From NCBI GenBank assembly GCA_021325635.1, contig JAJPGV010000056.1, positions 67,037 to 131,036 of the forward strand: 64,000 nt of DNA. Direction: 5' to 3'. The number at the start of each line of letters is the position of its first letter. Position 1 is the stretch's first letter. The DNA comes from Chloroflexota bacterium (lineage in GTDB: Bacteria > Chloroflexota > JAJPGV01). Shown one piece after another: positions 39,002 to 47,781 of the stretch. A model generated the notes under the pieces. That model had not been told where the DNA came from, ran no database searches, and saw only the letters and a list, made by a program, of their open reading frames with translations. The position numbers were made by a program, and so were the translations under genes.

Positions 39002-39850
39002 TCATTCAGTGCCGACGGTTTGAGGCTGGCGGTAGGGCTGCGTCCCGCCGAGCGCCAGCAGAATGCCATGTATCAGCGCTTGCGGACGCGGCGGGCTGCC
39101 CGGAATGTAGACGTCTACCGGCAGCACGCGGTCGACACCGCCGGCCACGGCGTAGCTGCCTTTTAACACCCCACCACCACACGCCTCGTCGCCGACAGCG
39201 ACCACCAGGCCGGGGCGGGGCATTGCCTCGTACGTAGCCCGCAAGGCGGGCTCCAGGTGACGGGTCACCGGGCCGGTGACCAGCAGCATGTCGGCATGGC
39301 GCGGCGAAGCGACGACGTCGATCCCCAGCCGTTGCACGTCATACACCGGACCGAGGAGCGCCGCGATCTCCCAGTCGCAGGCATTGTCTGAGCCGGCGTC
39401 CATGTGTCGGATGTGCAGCGACCGGGCGAGCAACGTGCGAATGCGACCGTTGAGTCGACGTGCTTCAGTTGCTGGGATGACGTTTCCTGCAACCGCACCG
39501 TTTTGACGCGGCGTGACCGCCTGGCCGCCAGAGACGTTCCACACCTCGACCAGGTCCGCCCGATTCTCGGCCGCCAGCTCGAACTCAGGAGTGAGATGGA
39601 TGGCATCCTCGGGGCAGGCGTCCTCACACAGACCGCAGAAGATGCAGCCGGCCAGGTCAAGGCGCAGGGTCGAGCCGACCAGGGAGATGACCTGTGCGGG
39701 ACAGGCGGTGACGCAATCGCTGCAGCAAGTGCAGCGGCTTGCCTCAAGCGCCGGCCGACCGCGATAGGCCGGGTTCACAGGATCGCGAGACGCCGGATAC
39801 GAAGTGGTGACGCGGCCCATACGCAGACCGGCGCGCAGCACGTTCAGCAT
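39002..39850 (-). CDS. Fused 2[4Fe-4S] ferredoxin (HyfH/NuoI-like) and hydrogenase small subunit (HyfI/NuoB-like) with substituted cluster ligands
   Basis: CTCCSDCVTACP and CIFCGLCEDACP, then VASPRHADMLLVTGPVT...VDVYIPG. Ligand sites read GSDNAC, GDEAC, PGSPP. Start at ATG 39850. Confidence 0.9.
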   Translation of the reverse strand: MLNVLRAGLRMGRVTTSYPASRDPVNPAYRGRPALEASRCTCCSDCVTACPAQVISLVGSTLRLDLAGCIFCGLCEDACPEDAIHLTPEFELAAENRADLVEVWNVSGGQAVTPRQNGAVAGNVIPATEARRLNGRIRTLLARSLHIRHMDAGSDNACDWEIAALLGPVYDVQRLGIDVVASPRHADMLLVTGPVTRHLEPALRATYEAMPRPGLVVAVGDEACGGGVLKGSYAVAGGVDRVLPVDVYIPGSPPRPQALIHGILLALGGTQPYRQPQTVGTE

Positions 39851-39869
39851 TGCAACAGGTTTTTCGAAA

Positions 39870-41459
39870 TCATCGGTCCAGGCAGGCGTAGCACAGCTCG
39901 AAGCTCTTGTTGATGAGCGGGAAGTCGGGCACCATGTTGCCCGGCACTGCGAGGGCGACGACCGGCCAGTTACAGAAGGAGGCAGAGCGAATGCGATAGC
40001 GATCGATCGTTCCATCCGCGCCGGTCCTGACCCAGTGAACGTTGCTGCCTCGAGGTGATTCGGTGTAGCCCAGCCCAACCGCGAACGGCGGCAGCGACGG
40101 CATCCTCGCTGAGATCGGGCCATCCGGCAAATCGGACGCCAGTTGCTGCGCCAGCGCGAAAGAGGCTCGGGTCTCCTCGATGCGGACCTGGGCCCGTGCC
40201 TGCACGTCGCCTTGTGACTGCACCACTTCCGGAACCATCAACGCGCCATACGCGGCGTAAGGCTGATCGCGGCGCAGGTCCCCTGTCAGTCCACTGGCCC
40301 GCGCCGCCACGCCGACCGCCCCGAGCGCCCGGGCTGACTCGGTCTCCACCCGACCCGTTCCCCTGAAGCGTTCCATGACCGAGGACGTCTCCAGGACGAG
40401 TTCCACGAACCGCTCGAACTCGCCCCTCACCTGATGCAGGGTCTGCTGGATGTCCAGAGCCTGGCTGGTCTCGATGTCCCGCCGCACACCGCCCAGCCGG
40501 CCGACGCCGCGCAGGAAACGGTTGCCAGCGACCCGCTCGTTGAGGCGCTGCAGCAGCTCTTTGAGCCAGGCACCGTGGCTTGCGCCGACCGCGAAGCCGA
40601 CGCCGGCGCACATGTTCCCGAGGTCACCCACGTGGTTGTACAGCCTCTCCAACTCCAGCAGCAAGCTGCGGATAGCCGCGGCACGGCCTGGCACCTCGGC
40701 TCCGGCCAGCGCTTCCACCGCCTGGCAGTAGGCGACGGCGTGCGACAGGGCACACGCGCCGCAGGTGTGCTCGGCCAGCGCCAGCGCCTGGGCGGCCGTC
40801 TTGCCTTCGGCCAGTTTCTCGATGCCGCGATGCGTGTAGAACAGCCGTGTCTCCAGGTGCAAGACGACTTCGCCGACTGCCGCGAAGCGGAAATGCCCGG
40901 GCTCGATCACGCCGGCATGGATCGGCCCCACCGGGATCTCGACGATGCCCTCGCCGTGGAGGTGGTGGAAGCGGTGTGGGGCGCCCTCAACGCGGGGCAC
41001 CGGGATGGCAGGGTCGAAGTCCTTGCGCAGCGGATAGACGCCCGCGGGCCAATCGTCATGCAGCACCAGCCGGCGCAGGTCGGGATGGCCCTCCGGCACC
41101 AGCCCGAGCATGTCGTGCACCTCACGCTCATACAAGTGCGCCGCCGGCAGCCGCGGGGTGACCGACGGAAACGCCGCCGTCTCGGGATCGATTGCAGCCT
41201 CGACGCTGAGCCAGTTGTCCGGCGCCTGGAAGACGTAGGCCAGCCGGTAGCCGCCCGATCGCGCTCGGTCGTCGTAGCCGACCATCGTCGCCAGCGTTGC
41301 CTGGAGGCCGTGTTGCAGCCTTGCACAGCTTTCCGGCAGGTCGGTGACGGGCACCTCCACGGCAAGACGCTCGCCGGTATGCCGCACCACTGCGCGGTCG
41401 GTCAAAAGCCCGCGCACCTGGTCCTCCAAGGTCACGCTCTGGACGGCCACGGAGGTCAT
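39870..41459 (-). CDS. Group 4 hydrogenase-like large subunit (HycE/HyfG, NuoC-D fusion)
   Basis: YEREVHDMLG...GHPDLRRL...YPLRKDF (NuoC part); GPIHAGVIEPGHF, FYTHRGIEK, HTCGAC, ESPRG, DFPLINKSFELCYACLDR. ATGA-coupled start at 41459. Confidence 0.93.
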   Translation of the reverse strand: MTSVAVQSVTLEDQVRGLLTDRAVVRHTGERLAVEVPVTDLPESCARLQHGLQATLATMVGYDDRARSGGYRLAYVFQAPDNWLSVEAAIDPETAAFPSVTPRLPAAHLYEREVHDMLGLVPEGHPDLRRLVLHDDWPAGVYPLRKDFDPAIPVPRVEGAPHRFHHLHGEGIVEIPVGPIHAGVIEPGHFRFAAVGEVVLHLETRLFYTHRGIEKLAEGKTAAQALALAEHTCGACALSHAVAYCQAVEALAGAEVPGRAAAIRSLLLELERLYNHVGDLGNMCAGVGFAVGASHGAWLKELLQRLNERVAGNRFLRGVGRLGGVRRDIETSQALDIQQTLHQVRGEFERFVELVLETSSVMERFRGTGRVETESARALGAVGVAARASGLTGDLRRDQPYAAYGALMVPEVVQSQGDVQARAQVRIEETRASFALAQQLASDLPDGPISARMPSLPPFAVGLGYTESPRGSNVHWVRTGADGTIDRYRIRSASFCNWPVVALAVPGNMVPDFPLINKSFELCYACLDR

Positions 41460-42925
41460 CGCGGGCCGCTCGCCAGCAGTCCGGCGACCTGCTGCAGGGC
41501 GCTGTTGAACGCCGGCGGCATATACACGCCCAGCAGCACCATCAAGCCGGCCGGAATAGCCAGCGCACCGCCTCTCAGGCGCGGGAACGTCAGCTTCTCG
41601 AGACTGGTGCGCGGCCGGCCAAAGGCCATGTCGAGGGCGTGCCCGAAGGCGGCGGCGAACACAATCCCCAGCGCCACGATGAGGATGGCCACGGCCAGCC
41701 AGTTGCCCTGAGCGAAGCCGGCGCCGACGATGCCGAACTCGCTGAGGAAGATGGCGAACGGTGGCAGCCCGGTGATGGCGAACATGCCCATCAGGAGCAG
41801 GCTGCCCGTGACCGGCATGGCGCGAACCACGCCCCGGATGCGCGACATACGCGTTGTGCCGTAGCGCTGGGTCAGATTGCCGGCCACGAAGAACAGCAGC
41901 GCCTTGGCGATCGCGTGGTTGAACAGGTGCAGCGCGCCGGCGTACAGGCCTAGCGAGCCACCGAGGCCAATCGCAGTCGCGATCAGTCCCACATGCTCGA
42001 CACTGGAATAAGCCAGGAGCCGCTTCAGATCGCGCTGCACCACGATGAAGGGCACCGCGACGCTGACCGAGATCAGGCCCAGGGTGACCAGCGCCCTGGA
42101 TGAGAAGCCACCGGGCACGGCGATGCTGGCCAGCATGTGAAAACGGAAGATGGCGTAGAGCGCGCACTCCAACAACACGCCCGACAACAGTGCGCTGATG
42201 GGCGAGGGCGCCTGGCTGTGGGCGTCGGGCAGCCAGTTGTGCAGCGGCGCCAGGCCGGCCTTGGTCCCGAAGCCGATGAGCACGAACACGAACGCCAGCC
42301 GCATGATGCCGGGATCGAGCTGCCCGGCATGGGCCATGAGCACCGTCCAGTCCAGCCCTGATTCGCCGGCCGTCAGCCGAGTCGAGGCATAGTACGTCAG
42401 CAGGACCCCGAACAGTGCAATCACGATACCGACCGTGCACAGGATGAGGTACTTCCAGGCCGCCTCCAGCGCGGCCGGCGTGCGGTGAAACCCGACCAGC
42501 AGCGCCGAGACAAGCGTCGTCGCCTCGACGGCGACCCACAGCAGACCCAGGTTGTTGACGCTGACCGTAACCAGCATCGTCCAGATGAAGGTGTGGTACC
42601 CGCAGTAGTACCAGGGCAGTTGCGAGACCGGCACCGCTCCGCTCTGAACCTCGCGCTGAAGGTAGCCAATCGAGTACAGCGCCGCGGCGAAGTCCAGCAC
42701 GACGATAACCGCGATGAGGACCGCACTCAGCTGGTCGACGTACACCGATGCGCCCACGGCCGTTACCGGCCCGTCGGCGAAGACCCGGCCGACCACGACC
42801 AGGCCGAGGCACAGCGTTGCGAACCCTCCAAGTGCGTGAATGCTGGCAATGACGCTGGGCGCGCGAAACGCACGGCAGAGGACGGCCGTCAGCGGCGGCA
42901 GCCCAAGTAGCGCGATCAGGAACAC
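41456..42925 (-). CDS. hyfF: Hydrogenase-4 subunit F-like antiporter module
   Basis: WVAVEATT, EAAWKY, GFGTKAGLAPLHNWLPDAHSQAP, KRLLAYSSVEH. Confidence 0.9.
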   Translation of the reverse strand: MFLIALLGLPPLTAVLCRAFRAPSVIASIHALGGFATLCLGLVVVGRVFADGPVTAVGASVYVDQLSAVLIAVIVVLDFAAALYSIGYLQREVQSGAVPVSQLPWYYCGYHTFIWTMLVTVSVNNLGLLWVAVEATTLVSALLVGFHRTPAALEAAWKYLILCTVGIVIALFGVLLTYYASTRLTAGESGLDWTVLMAHAGQLDPGIMRLAFVFVLIGFGTKAGLAPLHNWLPDAHSQAPSPISALLSGVLLECALYAIFRFHMLASIAVPGGFSSRALVTLGLISVSVAVPFIVVQRDLKRLLAYSSVEHVGLIATAIGLGGSLGLYAGALHLFNHAIAKALLFFVAGNLTQRYGTTRMSRIRGVVRAMPVTGSLLLMGMFAITGLPPFAIFLSEFGIVGAGFAQGNWLAVAILIVALGIVFAAAFGHALDMAFGRPRTSLEKLTFPRLRGGALAIPAGLMVLLGVYMPPAFNSALQQVAGLLASGPR

Positions 42926-42935
42926 TCTTTGCCCC

Positions 42936-43610
42936 CTACCCGCGCAACGCCCGCAGGCGATCGACGTCTAGAGATTGGAAGGTGCTGCCCAGGTAGTTGG
43001 ACACCCACCCCATAACCGCGACGGCGATGAGGACGTCCAGGGCAACGCCCATCTCGACCGCCAGGGGCAGCCCCCGCGTGGCAATCACCGCTGCCAGGTA
43101 CAGCCCGTTTTCCATCGCAATCAAGGCCACGATCTGACTCAGCGCCTTGCGCCGCAGCAGCATGGTGAAGAAGCCCAGCAGCAGGACGGCGACGGCCGCC
43201 GGCAGAGTGTTGGCCGTGAGATAGCCCTCCGGCGCCACCAGCGAGCCGGTCGCGAAGTAGGAGAACAGGATCAGGCCGACCGCCAGAGGCAAGGCCAGCT
43301 TGCGGCTGATGACCGGTTGCTGCTCGAAGCGAACGGGCGCGCGTTGCAGCACCCACAGCAGCATGACCGGCACAGCGATGGCCTTGACGGCCAGGGTCAG
43401 CGCCGCCGCGAGGTAACCGTGGCCGCTCCCCGTCGCCAGGGCCACGATCCCCGCGGCGGCCGTAAGCAGACCGCCCTGGACGGCCAGCAGCGCGATAGCC
43501 AGGTCCAGCTGGTAGACCAGCAGGGAGCACAGGACCACGGCCAGCAGCAAGACACTGATGGTGTCCAGCAGCCCTCTGGCCGCGGCCGCACTCAACAAAA
43601 TGGTCGTCAC
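42936..43610 (-). CDS. hyfE: Hydrogenase-4 subunit E-like membrane protein
   Basis: Multi-TM; KALSQIVALIAMENG...VEMGVALD. Confidence 0.85.
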   Translation of the reverse strand: MTTILLSAAAARGLLDTISVLLLAVVLCSLLVYQLDLAIALLAVQGGLLTAAAGIVALATGSGHGYLAAALTLAVKAIAVPVMLLWVLQRAPVRFEQQPVISRKLALPLAVGLILFSYFATGSLVAPEGYLTANTLPAAVAVLLLGFFTMLLRRKALSQIVALIAMENGLYLAAVIATRGLPLAVEMGVALDVLIAVAVMGWVSNYLGSTFQSLDVDRLRALRG

Positions 43611-44530
43611 CGGCCCACCACATAGCCGGAGATAAGGGCCAGCAAGGCCAGTAAGCTGGCCGCCCCCAGCAGGTCCGGCACTCGGAAGATGCGCAGCTTG
43701 GCGTAGCTTGTCTCCGTCAGCGCCAGCGCCAGGCCCACCACAGTGAGCTTGCCCAGGTAGCTGGCAACGCCGACGGCGAGCGAGCCCAGCTGCGCCTGCT
43801 GGGCCGTGCCCCAGGGCAGGAACAGGGCCGCCAGCAGCGACACCACCACCACCTGCTTGATGTGGCTGGCCCAGGTGACGAGCGCTAGCGCGCGGCCCGA
43901 GTACTCGAGGATCATGCCCTCGTGGGCCATGGTCAGCTCGAGGTGTGTATCCGGGTTATCCACCGGGATGCGCCCGGTCTCGGCGATGGCCACGATGAAT
44001 AGCGCACCCAGCGCCAGCAGCCGGGCGGGTCCCCATGGCCCGCCGGCGACCTCGGCGACGGCGGTTGATCCGACGGGGATGGCCAGAGCAAAGAGGGCCA
44101 GCAGCAGCGCGGGCTCGACAAGGGCGGCGAACGCCATCTCGCGGCTGGTGCCCATGCCCCCGAAATTGCTGGCAGTGTCCAGCGCGGCCAGGGCCAGGGC
44201 GAAGCGCCCCAGGGCCAGCAGGCCGACCAGCACTACGACGTCGCCCAGCCGTTCCAGCGGCGGACGATCGAAGAAGGTTGGCAGCAGCCCGGCCGCGGCG
44301 AGACTGGTTACGAAGTACACCAGCGGCGCGCAGCGGACGATCCACGAGCTGTGCTCCGACACGACGCTTTCCCGAGCGAGGTACTTCAGAAGGTCGAAGG
44401 CCGGCTGCGCCACCGAGGGCCCTCGACGGCCCTGAAAAACAGCTTTGACGGCCTTGATGACGCCGTTTAAGAACGGCGCCGCTACCAGCACCAGGAGTGA
44501 CTGGCCGAGCAGCAGGCTGATGGCGGTCAC
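43607..44530 (-). CDS. hyfC: HyfC/HycD (NuoH-like) membrane subunit
   Basis: QGRRGPS, FGGMGTSRE, AETGRIPVDNP..HLELTM.HE...EYSG. Confidence 0.9.
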   Translation of the reverse strand: MTAISLLLGQSLLVLVAAPFLNGVIKAVKAVFQGRRGPSVAQPAFDLLKYLARESVVSEHSSWIVRCAPLVYFVTSLAAAGLLPTFFDRPPLERLGDVVVLVGLLALGRFALALAALDTASNFGGMGTSREMAFAALVEPALLLALFALAIPVGSTAVAEVAGGPWGPARLLALGALFIVAIAETGRIPVDNPDTHLELTMAHEGMILEYSGRALALVTWASHIKQVVVVSLLAALFLPWGTAQQAQLGSLAVGVASYLGKLTVVGLALALTETSYAKLRIFRVPDLLGAASLLALLALISGYVVGR

Positions 44531-44532
44531 CG

Positions 44533-46530
44533 TTAGCGGGCCACCAGGATGGCGACCACGAGGGCAGCGAACATGTAAGCCAGGTAGGTCCGCAAACTGC
44601 CGTTCTGGAGCAGCCGAACGCGCTCGGCGATGCCCAGCAGCAGTCTCACTGTCGGCCGGTAGAGATAGTGCTCGAACACCGGCCTCACGCCACCCTCATA
44701 GCGAACGCTGGACACAAAGAAGGGGGCCTGGCTGTACTCCCGCTCGATCTCCCGATAGGGCCGCACCAGCGCCTGAAAGATGAGCCGGATCGGTTTGGCC
44801 AGGGCTGTCGACGTGTACTGCATGCCGGGCTTGAGCCGGATGCCGCAGGCCCACGGCGGCGCGACGCGAACCACCGCGCGTCCGCCGAGCAGGCGCGCCA
44901 GGAGCCGGATGCCCAGGGCCGCAGCGACGAGGACCACCAGTGCGCCGGCCGGAGCGAACACGCCGTCCTTCGTGGCCGGACCGGCAATGCCGGTGGCCAG
45001 GGTAGTTGGGGCGGCTGCGCCAGCCAGAAGACCGGTCACCGGCGACGTCAGGCGCAGCACGGCCCCAGGAAGGACACCCAGCACGACACACAGCGCCGCC
45101 AGCAAGCCCGTGCCGGCCAGCATCGACAGCGCTGCCTCGTGGCCGTCGTGCCCGGCGCTTCGCGGCAGACCCAGAAAGGTGATGCCGAAGGCCTTGACGA
45201 AACAGAACGCGGCCAGCCCGCCGGTAAGTGCCAGCAGCGCGGCGGACACGCCTGCGATGGTCGCCAGGACGCCGGACTGTGACTGCGTTCCAACCTGCAA
45301 CAGTCCCTGGAATGTCAGCCATTCGCTGGCAAAGCCATTCAGAGGCGGCAGCCCGGAGATGGCAATCGAGCCCACCAGGAAGAAGCCCGCGGTCCAGGGC
45401 ATCGAGCGGATGAGGCCGCCGAGCTGATCCATGTTGCGTGAGTGGGTGGCGTGTTGCACAGCGCCCGTGGCGAGGAACAGCAGCGACTTGAAGATGGCGT
45501 GGTTCAGCGTGTGAAACAGACCGGCGCTGAGCGCCAGCGCGGCGGCCAGATTGTGGCCCTGGGAAGCCAGGATAAAGGCAGCGCCGATGCCCATCAGGAT
45601 GATGCCGATGTTCTCCACGCTGTGATACGCCAGCAGTCGCTTGAGGTCGTGCTCCATGAGGGCGTACAGCACTCCCAGGACGGCCGAGGCACCGCCGATG
45701 CCCAGGATCAGCACACCCCACCAGGCCGGCCCGGGCCCGACGAATTCCCAGCCCACCCGCAGCAGGCCGTAGATGGCAGTTTTGATCATGACGCCCGACA
45801 TCAGAGCCGAGACGTGGCTCGGCGCCGCGGGATGAGCGCGTGGCAGCCACACGTGGAGGGGAATCACGCCCGCCTTCGTTCCGAACCCAATCAGGGCGAG
45901 CAGAAAAACAGCGTTGCGCACAATGGCCGGCTGGCTGGCAGCGGCCGCTCGGAAAGCATCGAAGCTGAAGCTGCCGCTGGCCCGGAAGAGCACCAGAAAG
46001 GCGGCCAGCAGGAAGGCCGTGCCGGCGTGGGTCATGACCAGGTACAGAAACCCGGCTCGGCGCGTCTCCGGGCGTTCGTGGTCGTGGATGACCAGGAAGA
46101 ACGACACCAGGGACATCAGCTCCCAGGCCACCAGGAACGCGACCACGCTGTTGGCCAGCACGACCAGCACCATGCTGGCCAGGAAGGCGTTGAAGCCGGT
46201 CGCCAGGCCAGCCGCACGGGGTTCGGCGACGTAGGCGGTCGCAAAAAGCGACACGGCTAGCCCGACCGTGGAGACGATGACCAGGAAGAACGCAGCCAAC
46301 GAGTCGAGCCTGAGGGCAAAGTCGGCAAACGGCGTCAGCGCGAACGTCCCCGTTTGGAGTGACCAGCCGCCGATGAGGCTGGCCAGCCCGAGGGCTATGC
46401 CTGTTGCTCCCCCGAGTGCCGCGCAGATATGTGACGCAACGGTGACCCAGCGCCTGGTTGCGGCTAGGCCAAACAGGATTCCAACGAGGTAGGGAGTCAG
46501 GACGACGGCGATGATCGCCAGTTCTGTCAC
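44533..46530 (-). CDS. hyfB: HyfB/HycC-like antiporter subunit
   Basis: FLVAWELMSL, GTKAGVIPLHVWLPRAHPAAPS, DLKRLLAYHSVENIG, PPLNGFASEW, CFVKAFG, WACG. Confidence 0.92.
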   Translation of the reverse strand: MTELAIIAVVLTPYLVGILFGLAATRRWVTVASHICAALGGATGIALGLASLIGGWSLQTGTFALTPFADFALRLDSLAAFFLVIVSTVGLAVSLFATAYVAEPRAAGLATGFNAFLASMVLVVLANSVVAFLVAWELMSLVSFFLVIHDHERPETRRAGFLYLVMTHAGTAFLLAAFLVLFRASGSFSFDAFRAAAASQPAIVRNAVFLLALIGFGTKAGVIPLHVWLPRAHPAAPSHVSALMSGVMIKTAIYGLLRVGWEFVGPGPAWWGVLILGIGGASAVLGVLYALMEHDLKRLLAYHSVENIGIILMGIGAAFILASQGHNLAAALALSAGLFHTLNHAIFKSLLFLATGAVQHATHSRNMDQLGGLIRSMPWTAGFFLVGSIAISGLPPLNGFASEWLTFQGLLQVGTQSQSGVLATIAGVSAALLALTGGLAAFCFVKAFGITFLGLPRSAGHDGHEAALSMLAGTGLLAALCVVLGVLPGAVLRLTSPVTGLLAGAAAPTTLATGIAGPATKDGVFAPAGALVVLVAAALGIRLLARLLGGRAVVRVAPPWACGIRLKPGMQYTSTALAKPIRLIFQALVRPYREIEREYSQAPFFVSSVRYEGGVRPVFEHYLYRPTVRLLLGIAERVRLLQNGSLRTYLAYMFAALVVAILVAR

Positions 46531-47099
46531 GAGAGCCGCGGCAGCTCTGGGCCGAGAGGTCTTCCTATGGCATGGCCTCGTGAACGTGCAAAGTACCCAT
46601 CAGTAAACGGCGCCTGTCGCAAGCTCCAGCGTTATTGACACCCGGCGCCGATGGCGGCCAGCGAGAGGCGACCACACCAGAGGACGTTCCCTTGGCGTAC
46701 GGTTCAGGCGACGTAGCTATTTTACAATATGAAGAAATTGCATGATTAGAAACTTCTCGATCCAGTGGACCACCAAGGTGGATTGCGGCCGATGGCTCCG
46801 TGCCACAGATGGACTGTGGGAGCTGTGCGTGCTGAATGCCGACTTATCCGCCACCAAACAGGAGGACGAGGACATAGGATGTCCCTTCGGTGCCATGGTC
46901 ACGGCCACGAGGGATGAGGCATCGTTCTTCAGTCGTGAACGTTGGGTCAACGACCCAGACGACCTCATCGGAGCCGAAGAGGCCCTCATGCACGAGGCAG
47001 TCCACGCGATCGGTGATGGTTCGTGGGTGGATAGGCGCCGCTCGGACTGACGAACTGCCGGCAAATCTGGAAGGCCCGCATTCTGAGCGAACCCGTCCA

Positions 47100-47670
47100 G
47101 TAACTGGCTGCGCCCGAGGTGAGCTTGGCTGGTTGTTTCACGGCCCTCTGTTCCCCAGCGGCCGAGCGGGTTGGGGGTGGCAGTGCCGGCCGCGGCGGCG
47201 GCCGCCGCCCCGCGAAAACTCCTTCCTCCATGCCCTGGCGGACGACAGCCGTCAGCAACGGGCGCTGCGGGCAAGAACCGCCTCGTCGACTCGCTGCCCG
47301 AACGAGAGCGCTGCTGTCCGTATACCAGACACGTGCTGCGTCGATGATGTCCTGCTGGCGTTCCAGACGCTGACGGTCAAGCGCGGAGAGGAAGCCCTGG
47401 AGCTTCTGCATCGCCGGTAGCGCGGGATCGTTCACGATAGGCAGAAGTGGCCGTGTCGATTCTTCGAGAATCCGCGCCACAAGGGCATCCAGCAGGTCTC
47501 CGTGCGAATCGAAGTAGTGGTGAAAAGCAGCCCCCGAGATCTGGGGGGCGTCCCGCACGTCCTGCAGGGACATCTGGTCATAGCCCTTGGTGAATACCAG
47601 TCGCTGCGCCGCGGCGACGATGGCGTTGCGCTTTGAAACGAATTCCTCAGGCTTTGCAGTTACGAGCCAT
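47100..47670 (-). pseudogene. Degenerate TetR family regulator
   Basis: ATG at 47670 (MAR) is out of frame by one base with TAKPEEF...RNAIVAAAQRLVFTKGYDQMSLQDV...HHYFDS; the C-terminus is also decayed and the left end is approximate. Confidence 0.7.
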
Positions 47671-47691
47671 ATAAACAAACGATCTGTTTAT
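47671..47691. promoter_or_regulatory. Probable TetR operator ATAAACA-N7-TGTTTAT
   Basis: Palindrome abutting the tetR start codon, between divergent genes. Confidence 0.6.
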
Positions 47692-47781
47692 GAGTTTGCC
47701 GCGCAAAACTAGCCGGTGTCAGGCCGGGTGCCGGCGTCGGCGACCTACTCTGGCCCGAGATTCGCGGCGATCACTGTACGT

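Noticed and set aside
41460-42812. 980-aa ORF suggesting a giant fused hydrogenase subunit
   Set aside because: The first 451 codons are an out-of-frame shadow of hyfF; the ATGA coupling at 41456-41459 marks the true start.
46742-47050. 102-aa ORF with HEAVH (HExxH) motif
   Set aside because: The start overlaps the putative operator, there is no RBS, and a lone HExxH is weak evidence; left uncalled.
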